A stretch of DNA of 64,000 bases from Vulcanimicrobiales bacterium. GTDB lineage: Bacteria > Vulcanimicrobiota > Vulcanimicrobiia > Vulcanimicrobiales > Vulcanimicrobiaceae. The notes beneath the pieces were generated by a model, which had not been told where the DNA came from, searched no databases, and worked only from the letters and a program-made list of their open reading frames with translations. The first letter of the stretch is position 1. Every line of letters begins with the position of its first letter. The DNA is taken from contig JBBRLI010000001.1 of NCBI GenBank assembly GCA_038231455.1, positions 320,001-384,000 on the forward strand, in the 5' to 3' direction. A program made the translations under genes and the position numbers. Positions 49,476 through 59,675 of the stretch are shown one piece after another.

Positions 49476-51491
49476 TTGGTGAAGCACGTACGGACGGCGC
49501 TGGTGTTTGCTTTGTGTACGACGACGGCGGCCGCCGCGACGACACCGGTTACAACTTTGCGCGGGTTTTCTGCGTACGCCAGCAACCGCGAGCGGGCGCT
49601 GGAGCGCTCGTTCCTCGATATCCCGAGCGCCTCGGGTGCAAACGAGGAGGCGCAGCGTATCAACAAAGAGCCGCACTACGCGGGGACGCCGGGCGACTAC
49701 GCGCTCGCGGTCTACATGCGCGATCAACTGCGGTCCTTCGGTTTCGAATCGTCGCTCGAATCGTTTACCGCACGCGTCGATACGCCGGTTAGCCTCGTGC
49801 TGCAAGTGCAGAACTCGAGTTTGCGGCAGCAAAAATTACTGATCAAATCACACGCCGGTCCGCCGACGACCGATTTCGATCTGCGCGAGCCGGCCGATGT
49901 CGCCGATCCCGACACCGCGCGCGATTCGCCCACCCTGCCGTTCAATGCGGGCAGCGGCGACGGCGACGTCGTGGCGCAAGCCGTCTACGTGAATCGCGGC
50001 GTTGACGAGGACTATCAAACGCTGCACCGCGCGGGTGTGAGCGTCGACGGCGCGATTGCGATCGTTCGTTACGGCGCGCAGTTCCGCGGGAATCTCGCAC
50101 TACGCGCGCAGCAACACGGTGCGGCCGGCGTGATCTTCTACTCCGATCCCAAGGACGACGGCGCAACACGCGGTGCGGTGTATCCGAGTGGACCGTGGCG
50201 CCCGATTAACGCCGTTCAACGCGGTTCGGTCGGTACCGGCATCACGATTCCGGTCTTGCCGATCAGCCCGGCAAACGCGCAGACGCTCATCAGTGCGCTC
50301 GGCGGAAAGCCCGGTCCCGAGGGCTGGGGCGGAACGCTTCCCCTCACGTATCCGCTCGGGCTGACGACGAACTACGTCCACTTAGTCGTGAAAATGCAGC
50401 GCAAGACCACGACGCTCTGGAACACCGTCGCGCGATTACGCGGCGGGCAGTTTCCAAGTGAGAGCGTGGTCCTCGGCGCGCATCGCGATGCTTGGGTCTA
50501 CGGCGTCACCGACAACGGCTCGGGCATTATTACGATGCTCGAAATCGCACGCGGCCTCGGTTATCTTGCGCAGAGCGGCTGGCGTCCGGCGCGCACGATC
50601 GTCATCGCGGGCTGGGACGGCGAAGAAATCGGCCTGCTCGGCTCGCGCGCCTACGTCGCCGCGCATCACGACGAACTCATGCGCGGATGTATCGCATACA
50701 TCAACGCCGATGAAAACGTTGCTGGTGGAGCCTTCAATGCAAGTGCAACCGCCGCGATCGGCGCGGACATCATCGATGCGTCGCGCTCGATCGACGATCC
50801 AAACGCTCAGGCGCGCACGATTTACGACCGCTGGCTCGAAGCCGAGCGCCGCGTCCATCGCGATGCACGTATCACGACACCCGGCATCGATCCGCCCGGC
50901 GGCGGAAGCGACCACGAGTCATTTCTTGGCGGTCTTGGCACGCCGGTTGCGAACGTCGGCTTCGGCGGCCCCGTCGGCGTCTACCATTCCGCCTACGACG
51001 ATTATCAGTTCGCATCGACGTTTGCCGATCCCGGATTCGCCCTGCATCGCACGGCCGCTCAAATCGACGGCGTGCTCGCCATGCGTCTTGCGAATGCCGC
51101 TGCTGCACCGTATACACTCGCACCGTATGTCGGCGCGATGCGTACCGCATACACCGAATTTCAAGCCCGCTCCGAGCGCGATGCGATGGGCGTCGACCTT
51201 GCGCCGCTCCGCACCGCGATCGACCGCTTCGCGTCGCTTGCAATCAATGCCGATGCGGCGATGGCGCGCATCTCGACAAGCGGCGCAGGCGTCCCGCCGG
51301 ATTTGACTACGCGCGAACTGCGCGCTATCCAAAACCTCAACGGCATCGTCTACGGCGTCAACGGTTACGATGCGACCGCGTTTCCAACCCTGAGTGCCGC
51401 TTTTGCAACGCGGCAAAAACCGCAGATCGCCGCCGCGGTTCTTCAAACCGTTAGCGCGCTCGCGCGCGCAACGAACACGCTCTCGTTCTAA
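49476..51491 (+). CDS. M28 peptidase (glutamate carboxypeptidase II / TfR-like, PA domain)
   Basis: EPHYAGT, IVRYG, VQRGSV, GAHRDAW, DNGSG, WDGEEIGLLGS, GSDH, YHSAYD. Confidence 0.9.
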   Translation: MVKHVRTALVFALCTTTAAAATTPVTTLRGFSAYASNRERALERSFLDIPSASGANEEAQRINKEPHYAGTPGDYALAVYMRDQLRSFGFESSLESFTARVDTPVSLVLQVQNSSLRQQKLLIKSHAGPPTTDFDLREPADVADPDTARDSPTLPFNAGSGDGDVVAQAVYVNRGVDEDYQTLHRAGVSVDGAIAIVRYGAQFRGNLALRAQQHGAAGVIFYSDPKDDGATRGAVYPSGPWRPINAVQRGSVGTGITIPVLPISPANAQTLISALGGKPGPEGWGGTLPLTYPLGLTTNYVHLVVKMQRKTTTLWNTVARLRGGQFPSESVVLGAHRDAWVYGVTDNGSGIITMLEIARGLGYLAQSGWRPARTIVIAGWDGEEIGLLGSRAYVAAHHDELMRGCIAYINADENVAGGAFNASATAAIGADIIDASRSIDDPNAQARTIYDRWLEAERRVHRDARITTPGIDPPGGGSDHESFLGGLGTPVANVGFGGPVGVYHSAYDDYQFASTFADPGFALHRTAAQIDGVLAMRLANAAAAPYTLAPYVGAMRTAYTEFQARSERDAMGVDLAPLRTAIDRFASLAINADAAMARISTSGAGVPPDLTTRELRAIQNLNGIVYGVNGYDATAFPTLSAAFATRQKPQIAAAVLQTVSALARATNTLSF

Positions 51492-51505
51492 CATCTAGGA
51501 GGCCA

Positions 51506-51844
51506 ATGAAACGTTTCATCGCAGCACTCGCCATCGTCGCGCTAATGGGCGCACCCGCACTCGCGAAGAAATCCTCGATGTCGGGCATGATGCCCACTTG
51601 CAAGTCGAGCGACCCCGTGGTTTGGGTAAACACGAAAACCAAAGTCATGCACATGAAGGGCGACCCCCACTACGGCACAACGAAAGCCGGCATGTACGCC
51701 TGCGAATCGGATGCCATGGCCAGAGGCGCGCACATGAGCGGTCAGAAAATGTCGGGCGGCGCGATGGGCGACGACTCGATGATGGCCAAGAAACACCACA
51801 AGAAGAAGGACGCGATGTCCTCGCCGGCTCCCGCCGCAACCTAA
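51506..51844 (+). CDS. Secreted Met-rich small protein
   Basis: AGGAGG SD; signal peptide; core C..DPVVWVNT..V.HMKG..YG.TKAG.YACE. Confidence 0.85.
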   Translation: MKRFIAALAIVALMGAPALAKKSSMSGMMPTCKSSDPVVWVNTKTKVMHMKGDPHYGTTKAGMYACESDAMARGAHMSGQKMSGGAMGDDSMMAKKHHKKKDAMSSPAPAAT

Positions 51845-51869
51845 TTTCTTCAAGAACCCGTTCAACCAA

Positions 51870-51904
51870 GAGAGCCGTCGCCAGTTAGCGACGGCTCTCT
51901 TTTG
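51870..51904 (+). terminator. Intrinsic terminator
   Basis: gagagccgtcgc-cagtta-gcgacggctctc followed by ttttt. Confidence 0.85.
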
Positions 51905-51941
51905 GTATCGGTATAACCCAAACACCGTTAGGAGCACCGCT

Positions 51942-52475
51942 TTGCGTTCCGTTCTTATTGGCGGCCTCGCCGCACTTGCACTCGCGTGCACGCCTGCCCT
52001 CGCATCTCAAGCCGCCATGAGCGACATGAACTCGATGCGTATGCCCAAGTGTTCCACGATGAACCCCGTCGTCTGGGTGAACACCGATTCAAAAGTGTAT
52101 TACATGAAAGGCGAACGCTACTACGGCAAGACCAAAGCCGGCACGTACGTCTGCAAATCATCGGCGATGGCGATGCACGCACGCCATGCCAAAACCGGGA
52201 TGATGAAATCCGGCTCCATGATGAACTCCGGGTCGATGAATTCCGACATGATGAAGTCGGGTTCGATGAAGTCGGGTTCCACGAAGTCGGGTTCCATGAA
52301 TTCCGGATCCATGGGTTCCGCTTCGCCTGCACCCATGACCACGGGTGGTGGCATGATGATGCCGCCTCGCCCCTATCCGACGAACGCCAGCCCACCGAAT
52401 GCCGGGGGTTCGGCACCGCCGACGTTGCCGAATAATCCGGGATCAAAACCCGCACCGCAGCCCTCACCAACATAA
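51942..52475 (+). CDS. Secreted Met-rich small protein, paralog of 51506..51844
   Basis: AGGAG SD, TTG start, signal peptide; core C...NPVVWVNT...YG.TKAG.YVC; MKSGS repeats; Pro-rich tail. Confidence 0.82.
   Translation: MRSVLIGGLAALALACTPALASQAAMSDMNSMRMPKCSTMNPVVWVNTDSKVYYMKGERYYGKTKAGTYVCKSSAMAMHARHAKTGMMKSGSMMNSGSMNSDMMKSGSMKSGSTKSGSMNSGSMGSASPAPMTTGGGMMMPPRPYPTNASPPNAGGSAPPTLPNNPGSKPAPQPSPT
52199..52320 (+). repeat. Degenerate 15-18 nt tandem repeat encoding M(K/N)SGS
   Basis: atgaagtcgggttcg / atgaagtcgggttcc / acgaagtcgggttcc / atgaattccggatcc. Confidence 0.8.
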
Positions 52476-52479
52476 TCGC

Positions 52480-52512
52480 AAACGGACCGCCTCACACGAG
52501 ACGGTCCGTTTT
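52480..52512 (+). terminator. Intrinsic terminator
   Basis: aaacggaccg(c)ctc-acac-gag(a)cggtccgttt followed by t, immediately after the stop. Confidence 0.75.
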
Positions 52513-52559
52513 CCTTGTGGGAAGGGCACGTTCCATCGGCGTACGTCGTCGATTAGCGT

Positions 52560-53405
52560 ATGCGTATTACGATTCTCGGAGCCTCCGGCTTCATCGGCCA
52601 CCATCTCAAAGCTGCACTCGAACGCCGTGGAGACACCGTTACCTCGGCGTCGCTGCGCAACGTCGACGCGGCGGTGCAAGCGTGCTCGAACGCCGACGTT
52701 GTCGTCAATCTCGCAGGTGCGTCGGTTGCCGGGAAGCGCTGGACACCGGAATACAAAGAAGAAATCCGCCGGTCGCGCACGGAGTTGCCGCGCCAGCTGA
52801 TCGACGGACTTTCAAAATCACCGAAGAAGCCGCAAGCCTACGTCTCGGCTTCCGCCGTCGGTTATTACGGTACGAGCGAAACCGCGACGTTTACCGAGAA
52901 GAGCGCACCCGGTAACGATTTTTTGGCCACGACGTGCATCGCATGGGAAACCGAAGCGCAGCGCGCGCGTGAATTTGGAATGCGCGTCGCCCTCGTTCGC
53001 ACGGGAATCGTGCTCGGGCTTGAGGGCGGGGCTCTCGCACAACTGCTGCCGATCTTCAAACTCGGCGGCGGCGGCAATGTCGCAAGCGGCGAGCAGTGGT
53101 ACTCATGGATTCACATCGACGATCAGGTCGGCGTCTATCTCGATGCGATCGATCGTTACGACGGCGTCCTCAACGCGACTGCACCGACCCCGGTGCGCAA
53201 CAAAGACTTCACGCGCGCGCTCGCTACAGCGCTCCATCGTCCGGCGTTCTTGCCGGTGCCGGCGTTTGCGCTGCAGTTGCTTTTCGGCGAAGGCGCGGAT
53301 GTGGTCACCAAAGGTCAACGCGTGCTACCGGAGGCGACGCTCGCAAGCGGCTACGTCTTCAAATACCCGGAGATCGACGGCGCTTTGCGCGCCATCGTCG
53401 GCTAA
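52560..53405 (+). CDS. TIGR01777 family NAD-dependent epimerase (YfcH-like)
   Basis: GASGFIG, VVNLAGA, SASAVGYYG, RTGIVLG, SWIHIDD. Confidence 0.92.
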   Translation: MRITILGASGFIGHHLKAALERRGDTVTSASLRNVDAAVQACSNADVVVNLAGASVAGKRWTPEYKEEIRRSRTELPRQLIDGLSKSPKKPQAYVSASAVGYYGTSETATFTEKSAPGNDFLATTCIAWETEAQRAREFGMRVALVRTGIVLGLEGGALAQLLPIFKLGGGGNVASGEQWYSWIHIDDQVGVYLDAIDRYDGVLNATAPTPVRNKDFTRALATALHRPAFLPVPAFALQLLFGEGADVVTKGQRVLPEATLASGYVFKYPEIDGALRAIVG

Positions 53406-53944
53406 TTACGGTACGCGCGCGGCCGACGTTAAACGGCGAGCGGATGACGCTCGTCCCGCTGCGCGCACACGACGCACCGCTCGTCTTCGAGGATTTGCGC
53501 GATCCGGCGCTCTACCGCTATATCGTGCAGCCACCGCCCGCAACACTCGCGGATACGACCAGCTTGTTCACGCGCTGGGCGGACGGTAGTACCGACCCCG
53601 ATGCGATCTGGCTCAACTGGATCGGCCACGACCCGCGCGTGACCGGCCCCGTCGGACTCTATCAAGCAACGATATTCCCGGCGCAACATCTTGCACTGAT
53701 CGGATACATCATCTTTCGCCGTTTCCAAGGCCGCGGTTACGCACGCGAGGGCGTCCGCGCGATGATCCAGCATATGGCAGACCGCGATGACATCGGAACG
53801 GTGCGCGCAGAGATCAGCGAAGCCAACACCGCATCGATCGCGGTCGTCACGGCCTTGCACTTCAAATTGCGCGACCGGAACGAAGGCGAAGGCCGCGACG
53901 GCGAACGCGTTTGCGATGACCTCGTGTACGAATTACGGGTGTAA
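53405..53944 (+). CDS. GNAT N-acetyltransferase (RimJ/RimL type); start ATT 53405 or ATG 53444
   Basis: PTLNGERMTLVPL, IGY...FQGRGYARE, NTASI...LHF. Confidence 0.8.
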   Translation: MTVRARPTLNGERMTLVPLRAHDAPLVFEDLRDPALYRYIVQPPPATLADTTSLFTRWADGSTDPDAIWLNWIGHDPRVTGPVGLYQATIFPAQHLALIGYIIFRRFQGRGYAREGVRAMIQHMADRDDIGTVRAEISEANTASIAVVTALHFKLRDRNEGEGRDGERVCDDLVYELRV

Positions 53945-53958
53945 GATACCGGCGGAGG

Positions 53959-55329
53959 CTATTCGCTATCGGGCGCTGTGTAAGGCGCCGGATTGCGTAA
54001 GAAATCGCGAGCGCTGCGGTTGGATGAAATCGTCCGGAACGTCGTCGGCGCCTGATTCAAATTGAAGCAGTCCATGAGGTCATCCGAACGTGCGTCCGTG
54101 GTGCCCAGCGTCCCGAGACCAAACGTTGATTCGGTGAAGTGGAGGATGCTGCCGAATTCGTGCAGCTGGTGCGAGATGTAGCCGGGCTTCGCGTACGGCG
54201 AAACGACGAGCAGCGGGACGCGGAAGCCGAGTTCGTAGGCGTTGTAGATGTGTGGCGGTGCGACGTGATCGTACCATCCGCCCCAGTCGTCCCACGTGAT
54301 GAAGATGGCGGTATCTTTCCAGTACGCACTCGCACCGATACCATTCACGATCGAAGCCACCCACGCCGGGCCCGTTCCCTGATTGCCGTTGGCATGATCG
54401 GAGTTCGCGCCGCTCGGAATTACCCACGAGACTTGCGGCAGTTGGTTGTTCGCAATATCGGAGAGCACGCCCGTTTCTGGAATGATGACTTTGCTCCAAC
54501 TTGCCCCGTTGCGAATGTGTGCGATCGAGTTTGGACCCGTCCAGATTGACCCTTCACTTGGCGCGTAATATTTCCAGCTGATGCCTTTGGCATCGAGCAA
54601 ATCCATAAGTGTCGGGCGCTCGAAGCACGGATAGGTTTTCTGCGTTTCGATTCCACTGAGGATATCGATTTCGGGAACGGTCGCGCCCGCGGGAGCCGCA
54701 CATCCGGCGAAACCCTTGAAGCCAAGTCCCGGGTCGGCAACGTTTTCCGATGCGTATAAATTGCTGCCCGGCGCGACGCTCGATGTTCCGGAAATGATGT
54801 ACTGGTGCGCCGGATAACTCGGGCCTTCATTCGTTTGGAACATGCGGTCGCCACTCGCATACTGTTGCGCCATGGTCCAATACGGTTGCACTTGCGCTTG
54901 CGGCACGTAGCGGAAGCCCGGGTTGGCTCCGCAGCCGCCGGAGGCGCATGCCAAATGGACGAGATCGTTGCCGTCCATCTTCCCGCCGTCGTACTGCACG
55001 ACATAGTCGTTGTGACCGTGGCCGAGATCGTAGTTGTTTTTGAGGTCGACGGGAGTCAGCGGAATCGTTTGTCCAACCGAATTGGTACCCGACGAGACGG
55101 TGTCCATGCCGGGATACCCTTGGAAGATATTATCAGGTGTCCGATTCTCTTGAAAGATAATGACGATATGTTTGATCGTCGATTGCGACGGCGGTGCCGT
55201 CGGCGTCGGCCCGGGCCCGGGAAGCGTGGCACTGGGGCCTGGCACGGGAGCAACACCACCGCCGCCCCCACCTCCGCATGCGGTAAGCGCGAATGTCGTA
55301 AGAAGAGCGGTTAAAGCATTACGTCGCAT
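53959..55329 (-). CDS. Phosphoesterase/phospholipase C family lipoprotein
   Basis: Lipobox [47 protein letters not shown]. Confidence 0.9.
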   Translation of the reverse strand: MRRNALTALLTTFALTACGGGGGGGVAPVPGPSATLPGPGPTPTAPPSQSTIKHIVIIFQENRTPDNIFQGYPGMDTVSSGTNSVGQTIPLTPVDLKNNYDLGHGHNDYVVQYDGGKMDGNDLVHLACASGGCGANPGFRYVPQAQVQPYWTMAQQYASGDRMFQTNEGPSYPAHQYIISGTSSVAPGSNLYASENVADPGLGFKGFAGCAAPAGATVPEIDILSGIETQKTYPCFERPTLMDLLDAKGISWKYYAPSEGSIWTGPNSIAHIRNGASWSKVIIPETGVLSDIANNQLPQVSWVIPSGANSDHANGNQGTGPAWVASIVNGIGASAYWKDTAIFITWDDWGGWYDHVAPPHIYNAYELGFRVPLLVVSPYAKPGYISHQLHEFGSILHFTESTFGLGTLGTTDARSDDLMDCFNLNQAPTTFRTISSNRSARDFLRNPAPYTAPDSE

Positions 55330-55389
55330 GATGGCCAATTAACGCAGGTTCGTCACCGTGCGTGATTGGTGAGGCATTAAACCGACCGA

Positions 55390-56340
55390 CTACGCCGGAA
55401 CCGCCGTCGTTTCGTGTGCGGCCTCGAGCGTTTCGAGATACTTTTCCGCTTCGAGCGACGCTTTGCAACCCATACCGGCAGCCGTGATGGCTTGCTTGTA
55501 ACGGATGTCTTGCACGTCTCCACCGACGAAGACGCCGGGGATATTCGTCGTTACACCATCGGCTGATTTAATGTAACCCGCATCGTCGAGGTCGAGCTGG
55601 CCTTGGAAGATGCCGGTATTTGGATCGTGGCCGATTGCGATGAACATCGCGTCGGCATCGAGTTCCGAGCGTTCGCTAGTCACAAGGTTACGCAGGATGA
55701 GCGCGTGTGTTTTTTCTTCGCCAAGCACTTCTTCGACGGCGGTATTCCAGATAAACGAAATTTTTGGATGCGCGAGCGCCCGGTCGGCCATGATTTTACT
55801 TGCGCGCAGGCTCTCGCGACGATGGATGACCGTTACCTTCGATCCGAAGCGCGTGAGAAAGAGCGCTTCTTCCATCGCCGAATCGCCGCCGCCGACCACG
55901 ACGATGTGGCGTTCGCGGAAGAATGCACCATCGCACGTGGCGCACGTCGAAACACCGCGTCCGCGCAAGCGCGCTTCGCCCGGAATATCGAGCCAGCGTG
56001 CACTCGCGCCCGTCGCGACGATCACCGAATCGGCGGTGTACTCGACGTCGCCGGCCCACACGCGCAGCGGGCGCTGCGTCAGGTCGACTCTGGTGACGTC
56101 TTCGTTGTGGATTTGCGATCCGAAGCGCTCGGCTTGCTTGCGGAAGTTTTCCATGAGGTCAGGCCCCATGATGCCCTCGGGGAAGCCCGGGAAATTTTCT
56201 ACCTCGGTCGTGAGCATCAACTGGCCGCCGTACATGTATCCCGCAAAGACGATGGGCGCGAGGCTCGCGCGGGCCGCGTAAATCGCGGCGGTGAGACCGG
56301 CGGGGCCGGAGCCGATGATGATGACCTTGGAATGTTGCAT
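55390..56340 (-). CDS. trxB: Thioredoxin reductase
   Basis: IGSGPAG, GGQL, VENFPGF, CATCDG, VGGGDSAMEEA, QAITAAG. Confidence 0.97.
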   Translation of the reverse strand: MQHSKVIIIGSGPAGLTAAIYAARASLAPIVFAGYMYGGQLMLTTEVENFPGFPEGIMGPDLMENFRKQAERFGSQIHNEDVTRVDLTQRPLRVWAGDVEYTADSVIVATGASARWLDIPGEARLRGRGVSTCATCDGAFFRERHIVVVGGGDSAMEEALFLTRFGSKVTVIHRRESLRASKIMADRALAHPKISFIWNTAVEEVLGEEKTHALILRNLVTSERSELDADAMFIAIGHDPNTGIFQGQLDLDDAGYIKSADGVTTNIPGVFVGGDVQDIRYKQAITAAGMGCKASLEAEKYLETLEAAHETTAVPA

Positions 56341-56418
56341 GTCGACTTCTTAAACCCGGGGACTGCCCGTTCCGGTTCCGGCAAAGGGTCGTTTCTGGAG
56401 CCGGTCAATGACTAGCCT

Positions 56419-57237
56419 ATGCTCGAAGACGAATTCGGAGACGTGCTACGTAAGGCGCAGCGCGGCCGCGGCCTGGATGCGGCCGCCCTCGAGAGGATCA
56501 CCGGGATCGACGCCGCGCACATTCGTGCCTGGTCGGGTGGTGAAGGGCACGCAAGCGACGATGAGGCGCGAGCCTTGGCAAAGCCGCTCGGCCTCGATCC
56601 GGGGAAATTCGCCGACGCCGCACTGACGCGCTGGCATCCGCACGTCGATTTTCCGCACGATGTTCGCCACCATCCGCAAGACCCGCACCCCTCCAACGGC
56701 TATCTCTTTTTCCTCGGGGACGGCCGTACGGCGGCGCTCGTCGATCCCGCGGGGTATCCCGCGAATCTTCTCGGCGCGATCGCGCGCGGGCCTTACACGT
56801 TGCGCTACATTCTCATCACGCACCAGCATGCCGATCACTGCGATGCGACCGCCGACGTCGCGCGTGCGTTTCCGGACGCGCAGATCGTCATGCACAAGGC
56901 CGACGTGCATGCAATCGGGGCGCTCGCATCCCGCGCGCTACCGGTCCTCGACGGCGACGAACTCCCCTTTGGTGATGAGGCGGCGATTCGGATGATCCAT
57001 ACGCCGGGGCACACCGACGGTTCATCCTCGTATCTCTTTCGCTCCACGGTCTTCACGGGCGATACGCTCTTTGCCGGCAGCGTTGGCGGCATCTTCGCGA
57101 AGACAGCGACGTATGCGGATCTGCTCGAGAGTGTGAAGTTCAAACTCTTCACCTTGCCCGAGGAGACGGTCGTCATGCCGGGTCACGGGCCGCCCTCGAC
57201 CCTCGCCGAGGAGCGCGCCCACAACCCGTTCTTCTAG
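56419..57237 (+). CDS. XRE-type HTH fused to an MBL-fold hydrolase (glyoxalase II-like)
   Basis: N-terminal helical LRKAQRGRGL...LAKPLGLD; THQHADH, TPGHT, FTGDTLF, PGHG. Confidence 0.85.
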   Translation: MLEDEFGDVLRKAQRGRGLDAAALERITGIDAAHIRAWSGGEGHASDDEARALAKPLGLDPGKFADAALTRWHPHVDFPHDVRHHPQDPHPSNGYLFFLGDGRTAALVDPAGYPANLLGAIARGPYTLRYILITHQHADHCDATADVARAFPDAQIVMHKADVHAIGALASRALPVLDGDELPFGDEAAIRMIHTPGHTDGSSSYLFRSTVFTGDTLFAGSVGGIFAKTATYADLLESVKFKLFTLPEETVVMPGHGPPSTLAEERAHNPFF

Positions 57238-57241
57238 TCGA

Positions 57242-58858
57242 TTAACGCAGAGCGACGATCATCGCGGTGCGAGCGCGCGTCGAACCGGAACTCGCGTCGA
57301 TCGTCACCGTCGGGTTGACCGCCGGACGCGGGCCATCGGGGACAACTTGGAACTCGATCACTTTCACTCCGCTTGCCGGAACGTTGAAAACAACGCGGTT
57401 CGGGGCGCACACCCGATCGGTGCAGAACGAGGCGACCCAATTCTTCGGCAGACCGCTCGCGCGCAACGTCATCGTTTTGCCGACCGGGCCGGTGGCAACG
57501 AGACGGTATTTGAGGGTGCTTGGAATGCTACCCGGCAGATCGGCGCCCGTCCACGGTGCAAGCGAAACGCTCGCGGCGGTGGACCGCTCGCCAAGATCCA
57601 GTGCCACCGTTGCTTCTTGCGCTTCTTCCGTGTAGAGAGCGCGCGCCGCAGGACTAGCGAGATGCTGGGCGCGATCGGCGGTCTGAGCGAATTCCGTGCG
57701 CGCTTTGGCGACGTCGTGATTACTCGCGGCGACACGACCGTAATACAGGTGCACCCACGTGACGAGCCGGTCGCGCGAGGGCGTGAGAGGCGCGCCCTCG
57801 GTGATGGCAATCGCGCGATCGAACGCGGCGTACGCTTTGCCGAAGTCGCCGGCTTTCCCGTAGGCACGACCGAGCGCGACCTCGGCTTCGGCGTCAGGCG
57901 TTTGCGCGGCAATGATCGTGTCGAGCGCGACGACGCGATCGTAGTGACCGAGCTGACCGTACGCGTAGGACGCGCCACCGAGTGACGCGCGATCGGTCGG
58001 GGCGATCGCAAGCGCGCGTTCATACGCCGCAGCAGCCGCGGACCAATCGCCGCCTTCGGCCGAAGCGTCGCCCTGGAGGCGCGCGAGCAACGTCATGTCC
58101 GCCGGGGTTTTGGCAATTGGCAGAAGCGTCGTCACGGTGCGATTGCGCAGCGCGGCTTCTGCCGCGCGCGTTTTCGGCAAATCGGTATCTTTGGCCGGAT
58201 CGACTTCGTCCTCGTCGAGCAACACTTCGGCGTCGTCGATCGCTTTTGCCGCGCGATACACCGTCGCTGCGGCAAGGCCGCCATCGCCATCGAACCGATA
58301 CTGCGTCGGTTCGAGGAGCGCGTCGATCTTGCGCTGTTGCTCGGAGATGACCGAGGCGCTCTTGCCCACCATCGCCGCCGCGATATAGGCGTGCAATTGT
58401 GGCGTCGGAAGGACGTTGTTCGCATGCCGCGCGCGGATGATCCCTTGCGGATCGATCACGAGCGTTGTCGGGTAATTGCGGATGTCGTACGCCTTCGAAA
58501 AGCTCAGATCCGTATCGACCGCTTCGGGATACGGAATGCCTTTCGCGGCGACGAACGCGCGCACCAGCGGCGCCTTCTCCGTCGTGTCGATACCGAGAAA
58601 GACGACGTTCTTGCCACGCATGGCAAGCGACTCGCGATTGAGGTCGGGCTGTTCGACGCGACACGGCGGACACCACGAACCCCAGACGTTAAGCACGAGC
58701 GTCTTGCCGCGATACTGCGCGAGCGAGACGGCTTTGCCGTCGATCGTTTTGAGCGCGAAATCCGGGGCCGGATTGCCGACTTCGGCGGGAGCAGCAAGCG
58801 CCGGCAGGCTCGTGACGATCGCGGCAGCTGTGAGGCCGAGCAGAAAACGTGGAATCAT
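57242..58858 (-). CDS. Secreted TlpA-like thioredoxin with TPR repeats and a C-terminal beta domain
   Basis: Signal peptide; APDFAL...WGSWCPPC; TPR helices; C-terminal FCTDRVC. Confidence 0.8.
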   Translation of the reverse strand: MIPRFLLGLTAAAIVTSLPALAAPAEVGNPAPDFALKTIDGKAVSLAQYRGKTLVLNVWGSWCPPCRVEQPDLNRESLAMRGKNVVFLGIDTTEKAPLVRAFVAAKGIPYPEAVDTDLSFSKAYDIRNYPTTLVIDPQGIIRARHANNVLPTPQLHAYIAAAMVGKSASVISEQQRKIDALLEPTQYRFDGDGGLAAATVYRAAKAIDDAEVLLDEDEVDPAKDTDLPKTRAAEAALRNRTVTTLLPIAKTPADMTLLARLQGDASAEGGDWSAAAAAYERALAIAPTDRASLGGASYAYGQLGHYDRVVALDTIIAAQTPDAEAEVALGRAYGKAGDFGKAYAAFDRAIAITEGAPLTPSRDRLVTWVHLYYGRVAASNHDVAKARTEFAQTADRAQHLASPAARALYTEEAQEATVALDLGERSTAASVSLAPWTGADLPGSIPSTLKYRLVATGPVGKTMTLRASGLPKNWVASFCTDRVCAPNRVVFNVPASGVKVIEFQVVPDGPRPAVNPTVTIDASSGSTRARTAMIVALR

Positions 58859-58898
58859 AGCTCTCTCTCCAAGGCGCGACCGATTCGCTCGGTTGCGA

Positions 58899-59675
58899 TT
58901 AGGTGCGTAGTTTGACGCCCCGTGCCGTCATGATAAGCGCGATTGTCACGCTGATGACCGTAAGGCCGCTTACCACCGAGAGCGACGTCGCAAGTGGCAC
59001 GTCGCCGTGCCCCGTGAAACTGTACCGGAATGCATCGATCATATGGAACATCGGATTGAAGAGCGAGATTGCACGCACGAGCGGCGGCAGAAACTGCACC
59101 GAGGTGAACACACCGCCGACGAAGACCAGCGGCGTGATGAGAAACGTCGTGAGCACCGCGATGTGGTCGAACTTTTCCGCCAAGAGTCCGAAGATGATGC
59201 CGAGCGCCGAGAACAGCACGGCGACGAGGGTAATCGTGAGCAGATACAGACCCCAATCGAGCGGGATCGTGTGCACGAGCAGCGCGCCAAGGACGGTGAT
59301 GAGCGCGGCGATGAAGAGCGCGCGCAAAACGCCGGCGATGATGTAACCGAGTACCATCTCCACAGCCGACAGCGGCGCGATGAGCAATTCTTGAATGTGA
59401 TTCATGAACCGACCCTGGAAGATCGAACTCGAACTCTCGCTGTACGTCCCATCGATGACCTGCAGCATGATGAGCCCGGGAATCAAGAAGGTCGCGTATG
59501 AGACGCCTTGCACGTTTTGAATCCGACTGCCGAGCGCAAGGCCGAACACGAAGACATACAGGAGCGTCGTGATGACCGGCGGCCAAATCACCTGATTGAT
59601 GATCGCAAACGTGCGCACGAGTTCGCGCTTGATCAACGTCTGAAGGCCGATTGGATTTCCGAAGAGCGCGTTCAT
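58899..59675 (-). CDS. ABC-2 type transporter permease (YadH-like)
   Basis: FLIPGLIM, IQELLIAP, PLVFVGGVF, NPMFHMIDAFRY. Confidence 0.9.
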   Translation of the reverse strand: MNALFGNPIGLQTLIKRELVRTFAIINQVIWPPVITTLLYVFVFGLALGSRIQNVQGVSYATFLIPGLIMLQVIDGTYSESSSSIFQGRFMNHIQELLIAPLSAVEMVLGYIIAGVLRALFIAALITVLGALLVHTIPLDWGLYLLTITLVAVLFSALGIIFGLLAEKFDHIAVLTTFLITPLVFVGGVFTSVQFLPPLVRAISLFNPMFHMIDAFRYSFTGHGDVPLATSLSVVSGLTVISVTIALIMTARGVKLRT

